Source of the DNA: a virus
Taxonomy: Duplodnaviria > Caudoviricetes
DNA: 51,905 nucleotides
IMG/VR virus record: IMGVR_UViG_3300021142_000042
Span: 1 to 51,905 of that record
Reading direction: 5' to 3' (one strand)
Shown: positions 9,279 through 17,991 of the stretch, piece after piece
How the letters are laid out: every line of letters begins with the position of its first letter
Numbering within the stretch: position 1 is the first letter of the stretch
Made by a program: the position numbers and the translations under genes
Notes under the pieces: generated by a model
Databases searched by the model: none
Seen by the model: only the letters and a program-made list of their open reading frames with translations
Told to the model about the DNA's origin: nothing

Positions 9279-9305
9279 CGTCGTTCTCCGTTCGTTCGCG
9301 CCGCG

Positions 9306-9671
9306 TCAGTGCGTCGCTGTCATGATGATAGCGCCGCCCGCAGTGGTGTCAAGCATGATGATAGCGGCGAGTCTGCGGAATGGGGTCCCTGACCTTTGCG
9401 TGTCACGTTTAGGTTTTTGCAGCGACGTGATCAGCGTTTCGCCAGATCCGCCGCATTCCGCCACCTCGGCGCGCAATGCTGCGCAATCTTTGCACAAGTC
9501 GCCGTCATCGCGCAGGAACGCCACAGCGCTCTCGCCGCGCACCCACGTTCGGATGTTCGGCGTGCACAAAGGCGCGTAACTGCTGATGCTGGACGCGTCC
9601 CAATCGTGGATAAGCCCGCTCGGCTGACCTTCGCGGTGCAGGCGGCTTTTGCGGAGTTGGATGCGGTTCAT
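9306..9671 (-). CDS. Possible hypothetical protein
   Basis: ATGA overlap with the helicase stop and a CKDC motif. The 3' end runs over the promoter, so uncertain. Confidence 0.35.
   Translation of the reverse strand: MNRIQLRKSRLHREGQPSGLIHDWDASSISSYAPLCTPNIRTWVRGESAVAFLRDDGDLCKDCAALRAEVAECGGSGETLITSLQKPKRDTQRSGTPFRRLAAIIMLDTTAGGAIIMTATH
9321..9360 (-). promoter_or_regulatory. Sigma70-type early promoter with two CATCATG boxes
   Basis: Minus strand TTGACA (9352-9347), N16, TATCAT (9330-9325). Boxes at 9321-9327 and 9354-9360. Confidence 0.75.
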
Positions 9672-12157
9672 GCGTTCTCCGTCAGTTTGGGCCATGGCAG
9701 ATGCGCCTTGCGCCGGTTCTTGAGCGCGAAGTTGATTGACAACAGGTCGCTGATCTCTCCCTTGGTCAATTCGGCGGCGTTCGCGCTCACGGCCTTCAAC
9801 GCCTTGCGGTGCTCAATCGGGATCGCCGTGTCGCTGGCCATTCCCGCCATCGCCCATTGGAGCGCGCCAAGCTGGCGATCGGACGGTGGCAGCGGTCGCC
9901 AAGCGGTCGACGTGATTTTCTGGTCAACGATGCCATCGCACAGAAACGCGAGGTACAGGCGACGGACGTAGGCGCGGAAGCTGTTGAGCTTCTGATTCAC
10001 GATCGTCTTGCCAAAGTCGTCCGGCTCGCGCGTTTCCTTCGCCGTGACTTCCTTCGCCAGCGACACCAGATCATCGGCGTTTTCGTCATCCTCGGCTTCC
10101 GCGCTGCCCGCAAGCATCGCCTCATAGGTCAGCCCGAACGTGTGAAACAAATCGTGCGGGTCCAGCAAATAGGCCGTCGTCTTGCCTGGTGAACTGCGGA
10201 TGACTCGGCCAACTTCCTGACAGAACCGCACGCGCGACACCACAGGCCGACGCATACACAGCCACCGCAGCCACGGGAAATCCACGCCCTCCGCGAGCAT
10301 GTTGACGTGAACCATCGCCTCTATTTTCCCGCTCTTGAGGCTGGCGACTACCGCCGCTTGCTCGTCCGGTGACAGCCGCGAATGCACGGCGCGCGCTTTG
10401 ACGCCTTCCGAGTTCAGGCGATCGGCGAACGAGTCCGCGTCGGCGATCGTCTTGGCGTTGACCAGACCGGGGCCAACCTTGCGGATGCCGTGGATGAGTT
10501 GCATACAGCAGTCGTCAAGCGGAACGTCGCCGCCCGTCCAGTGAATCAACTCGGGCTTGACGATGACACCATCGGCGAACGCCTGCGCTGGGCCGTATTC
10601 GTAGATCAGCTCCGTCCACAGGCTCAAGTCCTGCGTCTTGAGCGCGCGGAACGGCGTGGCGGTGAAGCCGATCGCAGATGCTGGATTCAGCACGCCAACC
10701 GCCGCGATGCAACTTGCGGCCTCATTTTTGTGAACCTCATCCCCAAGCCACAGCGACACCGCCAGCCCGCGCGCCTGCAATTCCAGCGCGAGCGCGCCAA
10801 GAGACGGCTGGCAGCACACGATCACGTCGCGGATTTCCTTGGCTTCGGTGAAGTAGTGGCCAACACGGTCGGCGCCGATGCGGTCGGCGATTGTCGACGC
10901 GAGTTGCTTGACCAGGCGGATTGTCGGCGCCGTCACAACCGTGACTTGCCCGCGCTTGGGCATCCGCTGGCAGACAATTTCAGCCGCGCAGATCGACTTG
11001 CCGGAGTTGTGCGTGATTGTGAAATCATCAAGCAAATAGCGGTTGTCCCCGTCGATTTGGAAGCCGTAGAACGGCTCGACTGTCCCGCTCGGCGTGACGC
11101 TGAATCCTGACCGCAGCGCATTCTTCGGCTGCAACCGCGGCGCTGCCATTTTACGCGCCACCCGCGTCGGAATCATGTCCGTGTGACCGCTGATTGAAAC
11201 GCGCCAGTAAGTGCCGCGCGCGCCGGTCTGACACGACTTTTCACACTCGGCGAGATACGCGGCAAGCCCAAGCGACCGGCACACAAACACCACGTCAGCG
11301 GACAACTGCTTAGATTTGGAAATGAAATCAAAACCTTTGTTGAGCAAGTGGCCGTCCGTGTCCAACAAGCCAGCAAGAACCTGCAACCGCGTTTCGCGCG
11401 AGCCGAGGCGGTAGGCGTCAGGGATGAACTTGCGATCGCAAATCAATCCGCTGATGCCTGACGCCGCCACAGCTTCATGCAATGCACCTTCGTTGCGGAT
11501 GAAGTAGTCGGCAGCCTTGTTGTTGGTTTTTCCGCTGACACGAACCGTCGCGCCGTACTTTTCCGCGATTTCCCGGACCGTCTGGACAATTTCACGATCC
11601 GGGGTGCAGACCGCGATCCGGTTGCGCAGCGTTGTGCCGTCCCCGAGCATGACCCCGATAAAATACGGCTCGAACGGCTCTGGACGCGGCGGAAAGTCAC
11701 ATGCGGACCTGACCTGCTTGCACAGTTCGCGCAGAGAGGTCCCCTTTTTCAGCCACTCGTGAACCGTCAGATCCCGAAGCGGAGCATCCGCGCCGTCGCG
11801 CGAGTCCACAAATGTCAGGACGTGATCGCCGTTGACGCGCCACGGCTCGCCCTTTATCGGCGTCACGTCAAACATTTCAGCGTTACCGCGACAAAGCGAA
11901 AGCACGCGCCTGGGCGTCGAGTCCGGCCCCATCAGCAGATCGCCAACAGCCACGGACTCAACAGTTTTCACGCTGCCGTCGAACATGAGAATGCGCTGCC
12001 CGCGCGCATGGCATCCCATGACGGCGGACACCACGCCGCGTTTGCCGGAATCGATCGCGGCCAGCGCGAGTGGCAGCGCAGCCCGTTGCCACTCGCGAGG
12101 GGCGACGCCGTGCCACTCGTTCGCCTGCAAATCCTGATTGAACATCGATAACTGCAT
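9668..12157 (-). CDS. Superfamily 2 (DEXH, Res/ERCC3-like) helicase containing an intein
   Basis: Q-motif PREWQ, Walker A AVMG|SGKS split by the intein, DEVH, FTATP, MLAEGVDFP, QEVGRVIR. ATG 12157 immediately follows the DnaB stop. Confidence 0.9.
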   Translation of the reverse strand: MQLSMFNQDLQANEWHGVAPREWQRAALPLALAAIDSGKRGVVSAVMGCHARGQRILMFDGSVKTVESVAVGDLLMGPDSTPRRVLSLCRGNAEMFDVTPIKGEPWRVNGDHVLTFVDSRDGADAPLRDLTVHEWLKKGTSLRELCKQVRSACDFPPRPEPFEPYFIGVMLGDGTTLRNRIAVCTPDREIVQTVREIAEKYGATVRVSGKTNNKAADYFIRNEGALHEAVAASGISGLICDRKFIPDAYRLGSRETRLQVLAGLLDTDGHLLNKGFDFISKSKQLSADVVFVCRSLGLAAYLAECEKSCQTGARGTYWRVSISGHTDMIPTRVARKMAAPRLQPKNALRSGFSVTPSGTVEPFYGFQIDGDNRYLLDDFTITHNSGKSICAAEIVCQRMPKRGQVTVVTAPTIRLVKQLASTIADRIGADRVGHYFTEAKEIRDVIVCCQPSLGALALELQARGLAVSLWLGDEVHKNEAASCIAAVGVLNPASAIGFTATPFRALKTQDLSLWTELIYEYGPAQAFADGVIVKPELIHWTGGDVPLDDCCMQLIHGIRKVGPGLVNAKTIADADSFADRLNSEGVKARAVHSRLSPDEQAAVVASLKSGKIEAMVHVNMLAEGVDFPWLRWLCMRRPVVSRVRFCQEVGRVIRSSPGKTTAYLLDPHDLFHTFGLTYEAMLAGSAEAEDDENADDLVSLAKEVTAKETREPDDFGKTIVNQKLNSFRAYVRRLYLAFLCDGIVDQKITSTAWRPLPPSDRQLGALQWAMAGMASDTAIPIEHRKALKAVSANAAELTKGEISDLLSINFALKNRRKAHLPWPKLTENA
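11006..12013 (-). mobile_element. Intein (336 aa) with LAGLIDADG homing endonuclease
   Basis: Starts CHARGQRILMFDGS, block B VNGDHVL, LAGLIDADG motifs IGVMLGDG and LAGLLDTDG, ends ITHN followed by Ser+1. Confidence 0.93.
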
Positions 12158-12158
12158 G

Positions 12159-13436
12159 TTATTTCCCCACAAAGCGAACGTGCGCGCCTTCCCAGCGCAG
12201 GGCGCCATCGCGCGTCCTTCCGCTCGGTCCCGACTTGTTCTTGAGCAAGACAGCGATCGCCTCGCCCTTGTCCTGAGACATGCCCATTTTTTCAGGGATA
12301 ATCGGGCAAGTGATGGTGTAAGCGTCCTTTTCGAGTTGGCTGCAATCAGCAAGATCGGCCATCGTTGGCATCCGCTTGGACTTTTCCACGTCGCGGTTGA
12401 GTTGCGCCAGCACTAAAACCGGCGCGTTGATCGTGCGCGCAAGGTCGGCGAGTTCCGTGCTGATCTTGACCAACTCATCGAGCCGGCTGTGACTGCGCGA
12501 GTCGCTGCGGATGCGCTGGTAGTAGTCCACCACAACAAGCGCCACCTTGCCGCGGCTGGCGGACCTGCGCGACTCGGCGACGATTGACTGCACGGTCACG
12601 TTGACATCGCGCATTCGAATTGGCAGCGCGGACAGTCCGCTGAACGCGTCGCGGTAGCCCGCTAGCGATTCGTCGTTGTGCTGCTTTTTCGTGATCGTCC
12701 GCAGTGGCACATCGGACACCTGCGCGGCCAGCCGGCGCACTTGGTCGGTGTTCGGCATCTCGACGCAGAAAAACAGCACTTCACCAACGCCTTGCGCCGC
12801 CACGCCGACAGCGATCTGTGTCGCCAGCGAAGTCTTGCCTTGTCCTGGGCGCGCTGCCACGACGTGCATCGCTGCGGTGTATCCGCCGTCCAGCAACTCA
12901 TCGAGCCACGGCACGGCTGTCGGCGTCTTGGATGCGGTTTCAGATTCGCCGTTGTCTTCAGCCCACGCGCGCTGGATCACGTCTGCGATCGACTCCATCG
13001 CCGTCACCTTCGGCTCTGGGCCATCCGCTCCAAAACCGGAGACGGCCGCCAGAAACTCCTCTGCCGTTTGCTCCCGCGCCGCAGATCCAAGTTGCGCCAA
13101 ACGCTGCCACTGCCGGCGCGCCTCTGCGGCCAGCGCCACCTGTTGCGCGTGATGCTTGGCGCTCATGGTCGATCCGCAGGCGTCGGTGATGTCGACCAAA
13201 AACTCCACATCTGCGCGGCCATTGACCGCTTGGGAGACGGTGACAATATCGATCGGGGCCTTGGCCGCCTGCAACGCCTGCAACGCGCTCCAGACGGCGA
13301 CGTGACGCGGATCGTAGAAGTCGGCGGCGCTAACCACGTCCGCGGCGTCAAGCAGCGCGTCGGGGTCAACAATGCACGATCCGAGCAGCGCGCGCTCGCT
13401 TTCGTCGTTACGGACCATGGCGGGGATTTTGCTCAT
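12159..13436 (-). CDS. dnaB: DnaB-like replicative helicase
   Basis: ERALLGS..DFYDPRH N-terminal domain, AARPGQGKT, VEM, VVVDYYQ, LAQLNR, LEKDA, KNKSGP. Confidence 0.92.
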   Translation of the reverse strand: MSKIPAMVRNDESERALLGSCIVDPDALLDAADVVSAADFYDPRHVAVWSALQALQAAKAPIDIVTVSQAVNGRADVEFLVDITDACGSTMSAKHHAQQVALAAEARRQWQRLAQLGSAAREQTAEEFLAAVSGFGADGPEPKVTAMESIADVIQRAWAEDNGESETASKTPTAVPWLDELLDGGYTAAMHVVAARPGQGKTSLATQIAVGVAAQGVGEVLFFCVEMPNTDQVRRLAAQVSDVPLRTITKKQHNDESLAGYRDAFSGLSALPIRMRDVNVTVQSIVAESRRSASRGKVALVVVDYYQRIRSDSRSHSRLDELVKISTELADLARTINAPVLVLAQLNRDVEKSKRMPTMADLADCSQLEKDAYTITCPIIPEKMGMSQDKGEAIAVLLKNKSGPSGRTRDGALRWEGAHVRFVGK

Positions 13437-14386
13437 AGTTCCTCGTAGGTTTTGTCGTTTCGCCATGTTTCGGACGTGGATGGCTGCTGCGCCTTTGCCC
13501 TGTTTTCACGCTCCTTGATGACCGCCTCCAGGTTCTCGCGAGCAAGCCACGCACGGATTGGCTTCACGCGCTTTCGTCCGCTGTGCCAGTCGTCTGCGTG
13601 CGCCCATGCCAGCAACTCGCGCAGTCCATCTTCCTGCAACTGCTCCAGCGCAGCGGCCAAAACGCGGTGATTCGTCGCGTCCGCCTTGGCTTCTGGCTGG
13701 TCGCGCATCATCTCGTTCCATATCGCCGCGACGCGCATCGCTTTGGCAAACATCGCGTTGATTGGCCTCGCCGGCTTCTCCGGTTTGGGTGTCGTCAGGC
13801 CCAATTGGTAGGGGCGCAATTCTGCTGGGGTAGCTGGGTCGCTACCCTGAACCGCTGTGTAGTCTGAACAGCCGTTCAGGGTCGGATTTGGAGTTGCGGT
13901 CAAGGCCCAGTTGTCGTCAGGATCTGGAGCAGGTGACGCGGTGTTGTTCTTGGTCTCTGATGAATGACTATCTGATTGGCTGAACCGCTGTTCAGGGTAC
14001 GAGACTGAACCGCTGTTCAGGGTGGGACTGAACCGCTGTTCAGGGTGGGACTGAACCGCTGTGTAGTCTGAACAGCCGTTCAGGGTAGCATCGGAATCCC
14101 ATTGATACCAAAGGCAATCGTAAGACGTTGCCGCATCAGCGCCGTGTTTGGTTTTGCGCCGTGTTTCGCGCAAAAAACCAGCAGTTACAGCTCGGTCAAG
14201 AACCTTTCGGACGCCGCGATCTGTCATGCTGAGCGCGGATGCAAGTGTCGCTACCGCAGGCCGCGCGTCGCATCCGGTCTGAAAGTCTGCCCAGTGCGCC
14301 AGACGCAGGCACACCCGGAGCATTGTCGCATCCGTGCAGCGGTCGATCAGACTAGATGTTGCGCGGCTGTAGCGTTCAGCGACCAC
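13433..14386 (-). CDS. Replication initiator (N-terminal HTH, lambda O-like organisation)
   Basis: PAVATLASALSMTDRGVRKVL..GFL HTH, internal iterons, coupled to dnaB. Probable GTG start at 14386 after AAAGGA; the ORF extends to 14434. Confidence 0.75.
   Translation of the reverse strand: MVAERYSRATSSLIDRCTDATMLRVCLRLAHWADFQTGCDARPAVATLASALSMTDRGVRKVLDRAVTAGFLRETRRKTKHGADAATSYDCLWYQWDSDATLNGCSDYTAVQSHPEQRFSPTLNSGSVSYPEQRFSQSDSHSSETKNNTASPAPDPDDNWALTATPNPTLNGCSDYTAVQGSDPATPAELRPYQLGLTTPKPEKPARPINAMFAKAMRVAAIWNEMMRDQPEAKADATNHRVLAAALEQLQEDGLRELLAWAHADDWHSGRKRVKPIRAWLARENLEAVIKERENRAKAQQPSTSETWRNDKTYEEL
13841..14089. repeat. Iteron array, putative replication origin within the initiator gene
   Basis: CTGAACCGCTGTTCAGGGT at 13980, 14005 and 14028. 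Identical 36-mers at 13847-13882 and 14051-14086. Inverted 12-mers at 13841-13852 and 14078-14089. Confidence 0.85.
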
Positions 14387-14557
14387 GGCTCGATCCTTTG
14401 CGCAGCCGACCAACGACACGATTGGACTGATCACAGCGGCGGCAAGGCGGACGCGCGCGGATCATCGTGAAGCTGGAGGCTGCGAAAAGGGAACGAACCA
14501 TGTGATTCACCTTGCGCGTTGCTCGGGACCGTCCAAGGTCGAATCGGCAACACCCTG

Positions 14558-14587
14558 ATTACCGCACAGTCCGCCACACGCTGTCAA
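14558..14587 (-). promoter_or_regulatory. Candidate promoter for the replication operon
   Basis: Minus strand TTGACA, N18, GGTAAT with a TG at the extended -10 position. The -10 is weak. Confidence 0.35.
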
Positions 14588-15318
14588 CGCCCGTCGCGGA
14601 CTTTCACGCAGATAGGTGGGAAAAAATCTATGGCGCTTTGTCACCGTTTGGCAACATCCATTGCCAGCCCGCTTGACACCGCGCACTCTCCGACCGTGAC
14701 ACTCGCGCGCCCCCGCCGTCCGAACGCGACAGCGACAATCGAGCGCCGACGCAGGCGATTAGCGCGGAACTTGCAGAAGCGGCAGAACGTGGCGAAGCCT
14801 GGCCGCTCGAACAGCCACAGCCGAACGCACGCGCAACGGCTTGACTACTGAAGTTTCTGAAACAGAACGCTACAAGGCAGATTCACCGCAACTTTCGCGC
14901 AACCGCACAGAATCGCACGCGCTTATCCGAGACCCATCCACTCCCGCGCAATCCACTCCTCGCGCGCGAAAAGGAAAGTGTCTCAGACTGCCTCATTCGG
15001 GTGAGGGAGAGGCCTTTTCTCTCTGTCTGAGCCTCTCTTTTCGTGGCGTTTAGTCGGGCGTAGGTCGGTTGTGGAAACAATCGCCGCAGATTGTTCGCTG
15101 TGGTGGACAATCGGGCTCGACCGGACTGGGCTTGATTTCGGTCACGGTTTTGCGAAGGCTCTTGCGTGACGCGCGCGACCGGGCGTCAAAAACGACAACG
15201 CCAGCGGGCTAGGCTGGCGCGTCGGGGCGGTTGTGCCGTGGTTTAGTCCGCCCCTTGACGCGGCGCGCGGGTTCGTCGCACACTGAGATTGCGCCACCTT
15301 GCGCGCGATGGTGAGTCT

Positions 15319-15690
15319 ATGCCGCGTGGAATCCCGAACCCCAAGCCAGAAGCGCCTCAGCAGCCCGCGGAGCGCGTGCGGAGAAGCCCGATGAACCCAT
15401 GGCCCGCAACGGTGCCGACAAGCTACGGCGGGTGCATGGCTCTCCTGTCCGCCATGTTCTCGGCTGACCGGCCCTACAGCGCGGGTGATCTCCAGGTGCT
15501 TGCGCAAGTCCGCTTCTCGCTCGGGCGCAACCGGATGATGACTCGTCAACACCTTCAGTTCCTGCAAGCAATCGAGAACCGATGGGCGGGCGTGGATCAG
15601 TTGAAGACCCACGAAGCGCGGAAGATCGCGCAGATGGAAGCTCAAAGCCGCGCCTACACGGCCTCGGTTGCTGGCGGGGGTGAGCTGTGA
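15319..15690 (+). CDS. Hypothetical protein, first gene of the rightward arm
   Basis: MPRGIPNPKPEAP..., overlaps the next start (GTGA). Confidence 0.6.
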   Translation: MPRGIPNPKPEAPQQPAERVRRSPMNPWPATVPTSYGGCMALLSAMFSADRPYSAGDLQVLAQVRFSLGRNRMMTRQHLQFLQAIENRWAGVDQLKTHEARKIAQMEAQSRAYTASVAGGGEL

Positions 15691-16211
15691 GCGGGCCGGT
15701 CGGCGCGAACACGCCGCAACAGTACATGCGAGAGACGGCTTTCGCTCGCGCCCTGCGCGAGTGTCAGCTTGCCTTTGACGGGTTCGTGATTGCCGCCATG
15801 CGCGACAACTTCGACGCGGAGACTGGCCGCCAGACTCACGAGAAGCCGCACAGACTGGACGAAGTGGGCTCAGCCGACGCTGCACGCATCATTGTGCGGG
15901 ATCAGGTTAAGGGGCTGCTTGTCTACTTCGGTACGGATGACCGGCTCCTGCCGCAACGTCTGCGCGTGGCGTCCAAACTCTGCCGCGAGCACATGCGCCG
16001 CTCGGTTGAAATGGGCGTGACGCTGGCCGACAAGGACGTTTTCAAGTGTATGCAGGAGATCAGCTATTTCATCCGCGCGCTGCATCTTGCCCTGCGCTCC
16101 GAGAAGGCGAATGAACGTGACCAGATCGCGGGGTTGTACTGGCAGGGGAAAGACCCGACTGCGGCGGCGCGGCACTTGGCGGTTGCGATGACGCCGGGAG
16201 AGGCGGACTGA
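15687..16211 (+). CDS. Hypothetical protein
   Basis: Coupled ORF with phage-like codon usage. Confidence 0.65.
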   Translation: MSGPVGANTPQQYMRETAFARALRECQLAFDGFVIAAMRDNFDAETGRQTHEKPHRLDEVGSADAARIIVRDQVKGLLVYFGTDDRLLPQRLRVASKLCREHMRRSVEMGVTLADKDVFKCMQEISYFIRALHLALRSEKANERDQIAGLYWQGKDPTAAARHLAVAMTPGEAD

Positions 16212-16516
16212 TGGCTGCTGGTATCAAATCAGGCGACGCTACCCATCGCATGGTGGGGTTGGACCGAACCCGCGAATGGGGCAGTTTCACACTGTCGATT
16301 CCGGTTTCGCAACCACGGGCTTCCTTGGCGTCAGTCGCGATCGAGAGCATTGGCGAAATCGTCAGCGAGTGTTACAGCGAGTTGGCTAAGGCGATCAACG
16401 CTGACACTGAGTACATGACGTTGCTTGTCGAGGGCTATTCCGTCTGGCGCAAGCGTTTCCTGCTGCCACGCATCAAGGCTGCGCTCGCCGCCCGTCGCCT
16501 TAGCAGGGGGCGCTAG
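16211..16516 (+). CDS. Hypothetical protein
   Basis: GGAGG RBS, TGATG coupling. Confidence 0.6.
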   Translation: MAAGIKSGDATHRMVGLDRTREWGSFTLSIPVSQPRASLASVAIESIGEIVSECYSELAKAINADTEYMTLLVEGYSVWRKRFLLPRIKAALAARRLSRGR

Positions 16517-16753
16517 ATGGGCTTTCCGCACTTTTACAAGTTCGTGCGTTATCCTTTCCGCGTTTGCACCGGAAAAAGTACGCCGCTCCCAGCCGATGAG
16601 CCAATTGAAAAGGTGCTTGACCGCGCACTCGCGGAGTTGCGTCAGGCCGAGCCTGACATGTCGATTGAGTTCGCCTTGACCGGACTCGCCAAGGGCTTGG
16701 ACTTTGCGCAGATTGTCTATAGTTTTCAGCAGACGCGGTCGCAATCGCGGTAA
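16517..16753 (+). CDS. Hypothetical protein
   Basis: Abuts the previous stop, G-rich RBS. Confidence 0.55.
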   Translation: MGFPHFYKFVRYPFRVCTGKSTPLPADEPIEKVLDRALAELRQAEPDMSIEFALTGLAKGLDFAQIVYSFQQTRSQSR

Positions 16754-16763
16754 AGGGGCGTTG

Positions 16764-17006
16764 ATGGCTGTCCAAATGTTCAGGAAAATAGCGTGGCCGC
16801 TGGATCACGCGGTCTACTTTGAGAACTTGGACACAGGCAAGGTTGTGACTCGGTTTGCCGAGTTTCACTTCGCGCCAGACCTTGAGGCTGAGATGTTCAG
16901 TTTGCAGAACGGCAAGCGGTGGAGACGGGTCTGGAAGGTTGGCATCGGGCAGTGGCAGTCCTCGATTCCTGCTTTGAGTTTGCCGCTGATGGGAACGGTG
17001 GTCTAG
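16764..17006 (+). CDS. Hypothetical protein
   Basis: AAGGGG RBS, MAVQMFRK..., abuts the next gene. Confidence 0.5.
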   Translation: MAVQMFRKIAWPLDHAVYFENLDTGKVVTRFAEFHFAPDLEAEMFSLQNGKRWRRVWKVGIGQWQSSIPALSLPLMGTVV

Positions 17007-17687
17007 ATGCCCCGCCCGCAGTCCTGCACCCACGGAGACCGCTGGATCTTCGCCAACGCCAAGGACATTTGCGTTCACCCGTCATGCTGGGCAAAAGCGG
17101 TCGTCGGCAGCCTGCGAATCACGAACGTTGGGCGCAAGTGCTTGGCTCAGCTCGTGCGCGGTGAGGACTTCGACGACTTCTGTCAGTTCTACGCCACGTC
17201 GGTGCTGGGCATCATGGCCTCGGGGAACGAGAAAGCGATCTGGTGCGTTCTGTCGCCGCAGATCACGAAGTTCCGCGCCTTGTCGTATTTGGAGCAACTG
17301 CGCAAGACGCGCCGGTTTGTCTCCATCGTGGACGACGGACCGGATGGGAGCACGTACAACCCGTCGCCGTACGTCATTTGCGAGTCTGACTTGGCAGAAG
17401 CCATCGCCGCGCACGTTGTCGCCGCTGGCATGATCAACCCGGATGACGCCAGTATGCCCGCGCTGGAAGCAACCCGCGAGAGTGCTGAACTTCAGGCGCG
17501 GTTGGTCGATCTGGACTTCATCACGTTGCTGATGCTGCTGCGGGGCGACATTGCCTACGGCGACGCGATCAAGATCGAGTACGCTGTGAACGGCTTGACC
17601 GTGACAGAGGCGATGGATAAGTTGGCGTTCCAGCGCGAGTACGTGACATCACACGCGCAATTCGGGGCGAGCGATGCCAGAGCGTGA
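17007..17687 (+). CDS. Possible divergent ECF-type sigma factor or late transcription regulator
   Basis: EDFDDFCQ...KFRALSYLEQLRKTRRFVSIVD resembles sigma region 2. The C-terminal helical segment could be region 4. Lies just before the packaging genes. The ORF is solid; the function is inferred. Confidence 0.4.
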   Translation: MPRPQSCTHGDRWIFANAKDICVHPSCWAKAVVGSLRITNVGRKCLAQLVRGEDFDDFCQFYATSVLGIMASGNEKAIWCVLSPQITKFRALSYLEQLRKTRRFVSIVDDGPDGSTYNPSPYVICESDLAEAIAAHVVAAGMINPDDASMPALEATRESAELQARLVDLDFITLLMLLRGDIAYGDAIKIEYAVNGLTVTEAMDKLAFQREYVTSHAQFGASDARA

Positions 17688-17991
17688 CGACGACCGCCAA
17701 GAGCGCAGGGGACCGACGCGGCGGGTAGGCGGTCAACTGGCCGCTGCCATCAAGGCGATTCAGGTGGACGGCTCTGCGGTGGACGATGCCGCACTGAAGC
17801 GTCTTGCGCTCAACGTGGCGCTGGATGCCGACTTTGACGACGACACGGCGGCTCATGCCCGCGTGCAGTTGGACGCGTTGAAGTTGGTTCACCAGATCAA
17901 CCTGGACAACAAGGCGGACAAGCCGGACGACGCGGGCGGCTTCACGGCGTGGCTGGACAAGATCCGGGGCGCGAAGAAGGGCGACAAGTGA
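17674..17991 (+). CDS. Putative terminase small subunit
   Basis: Small helical protein two genes before TerL. Positional call. Confidence 0.4.
   Translation: MPERDDDRQERRGPTRRVGGQLAAAIKAIQVDGSAVDDAALKRLALNVALDADFDDDTAAHARVQLDALKLVHQINLDNKADKPDDAGGFTAWLDKIRGAKKGDK

Noticed and set aside
13980-14086. Palindromic repeats as a mini-CRISPR
   Set aside because: Gaps are only 4-6 nt and the array lies in the initiator gene, which fits iterons.
14967-15042. Hammerhead ribozyme
   Set aside because: Three-stem shape, but no CUGANGA and GAAA core in the junctions on either strand.
15070-15110. DnaA boxes
   Set aside because: Only about 7/9 matches (TGTGGAAAC, GGTGGACAA), too weak to support.
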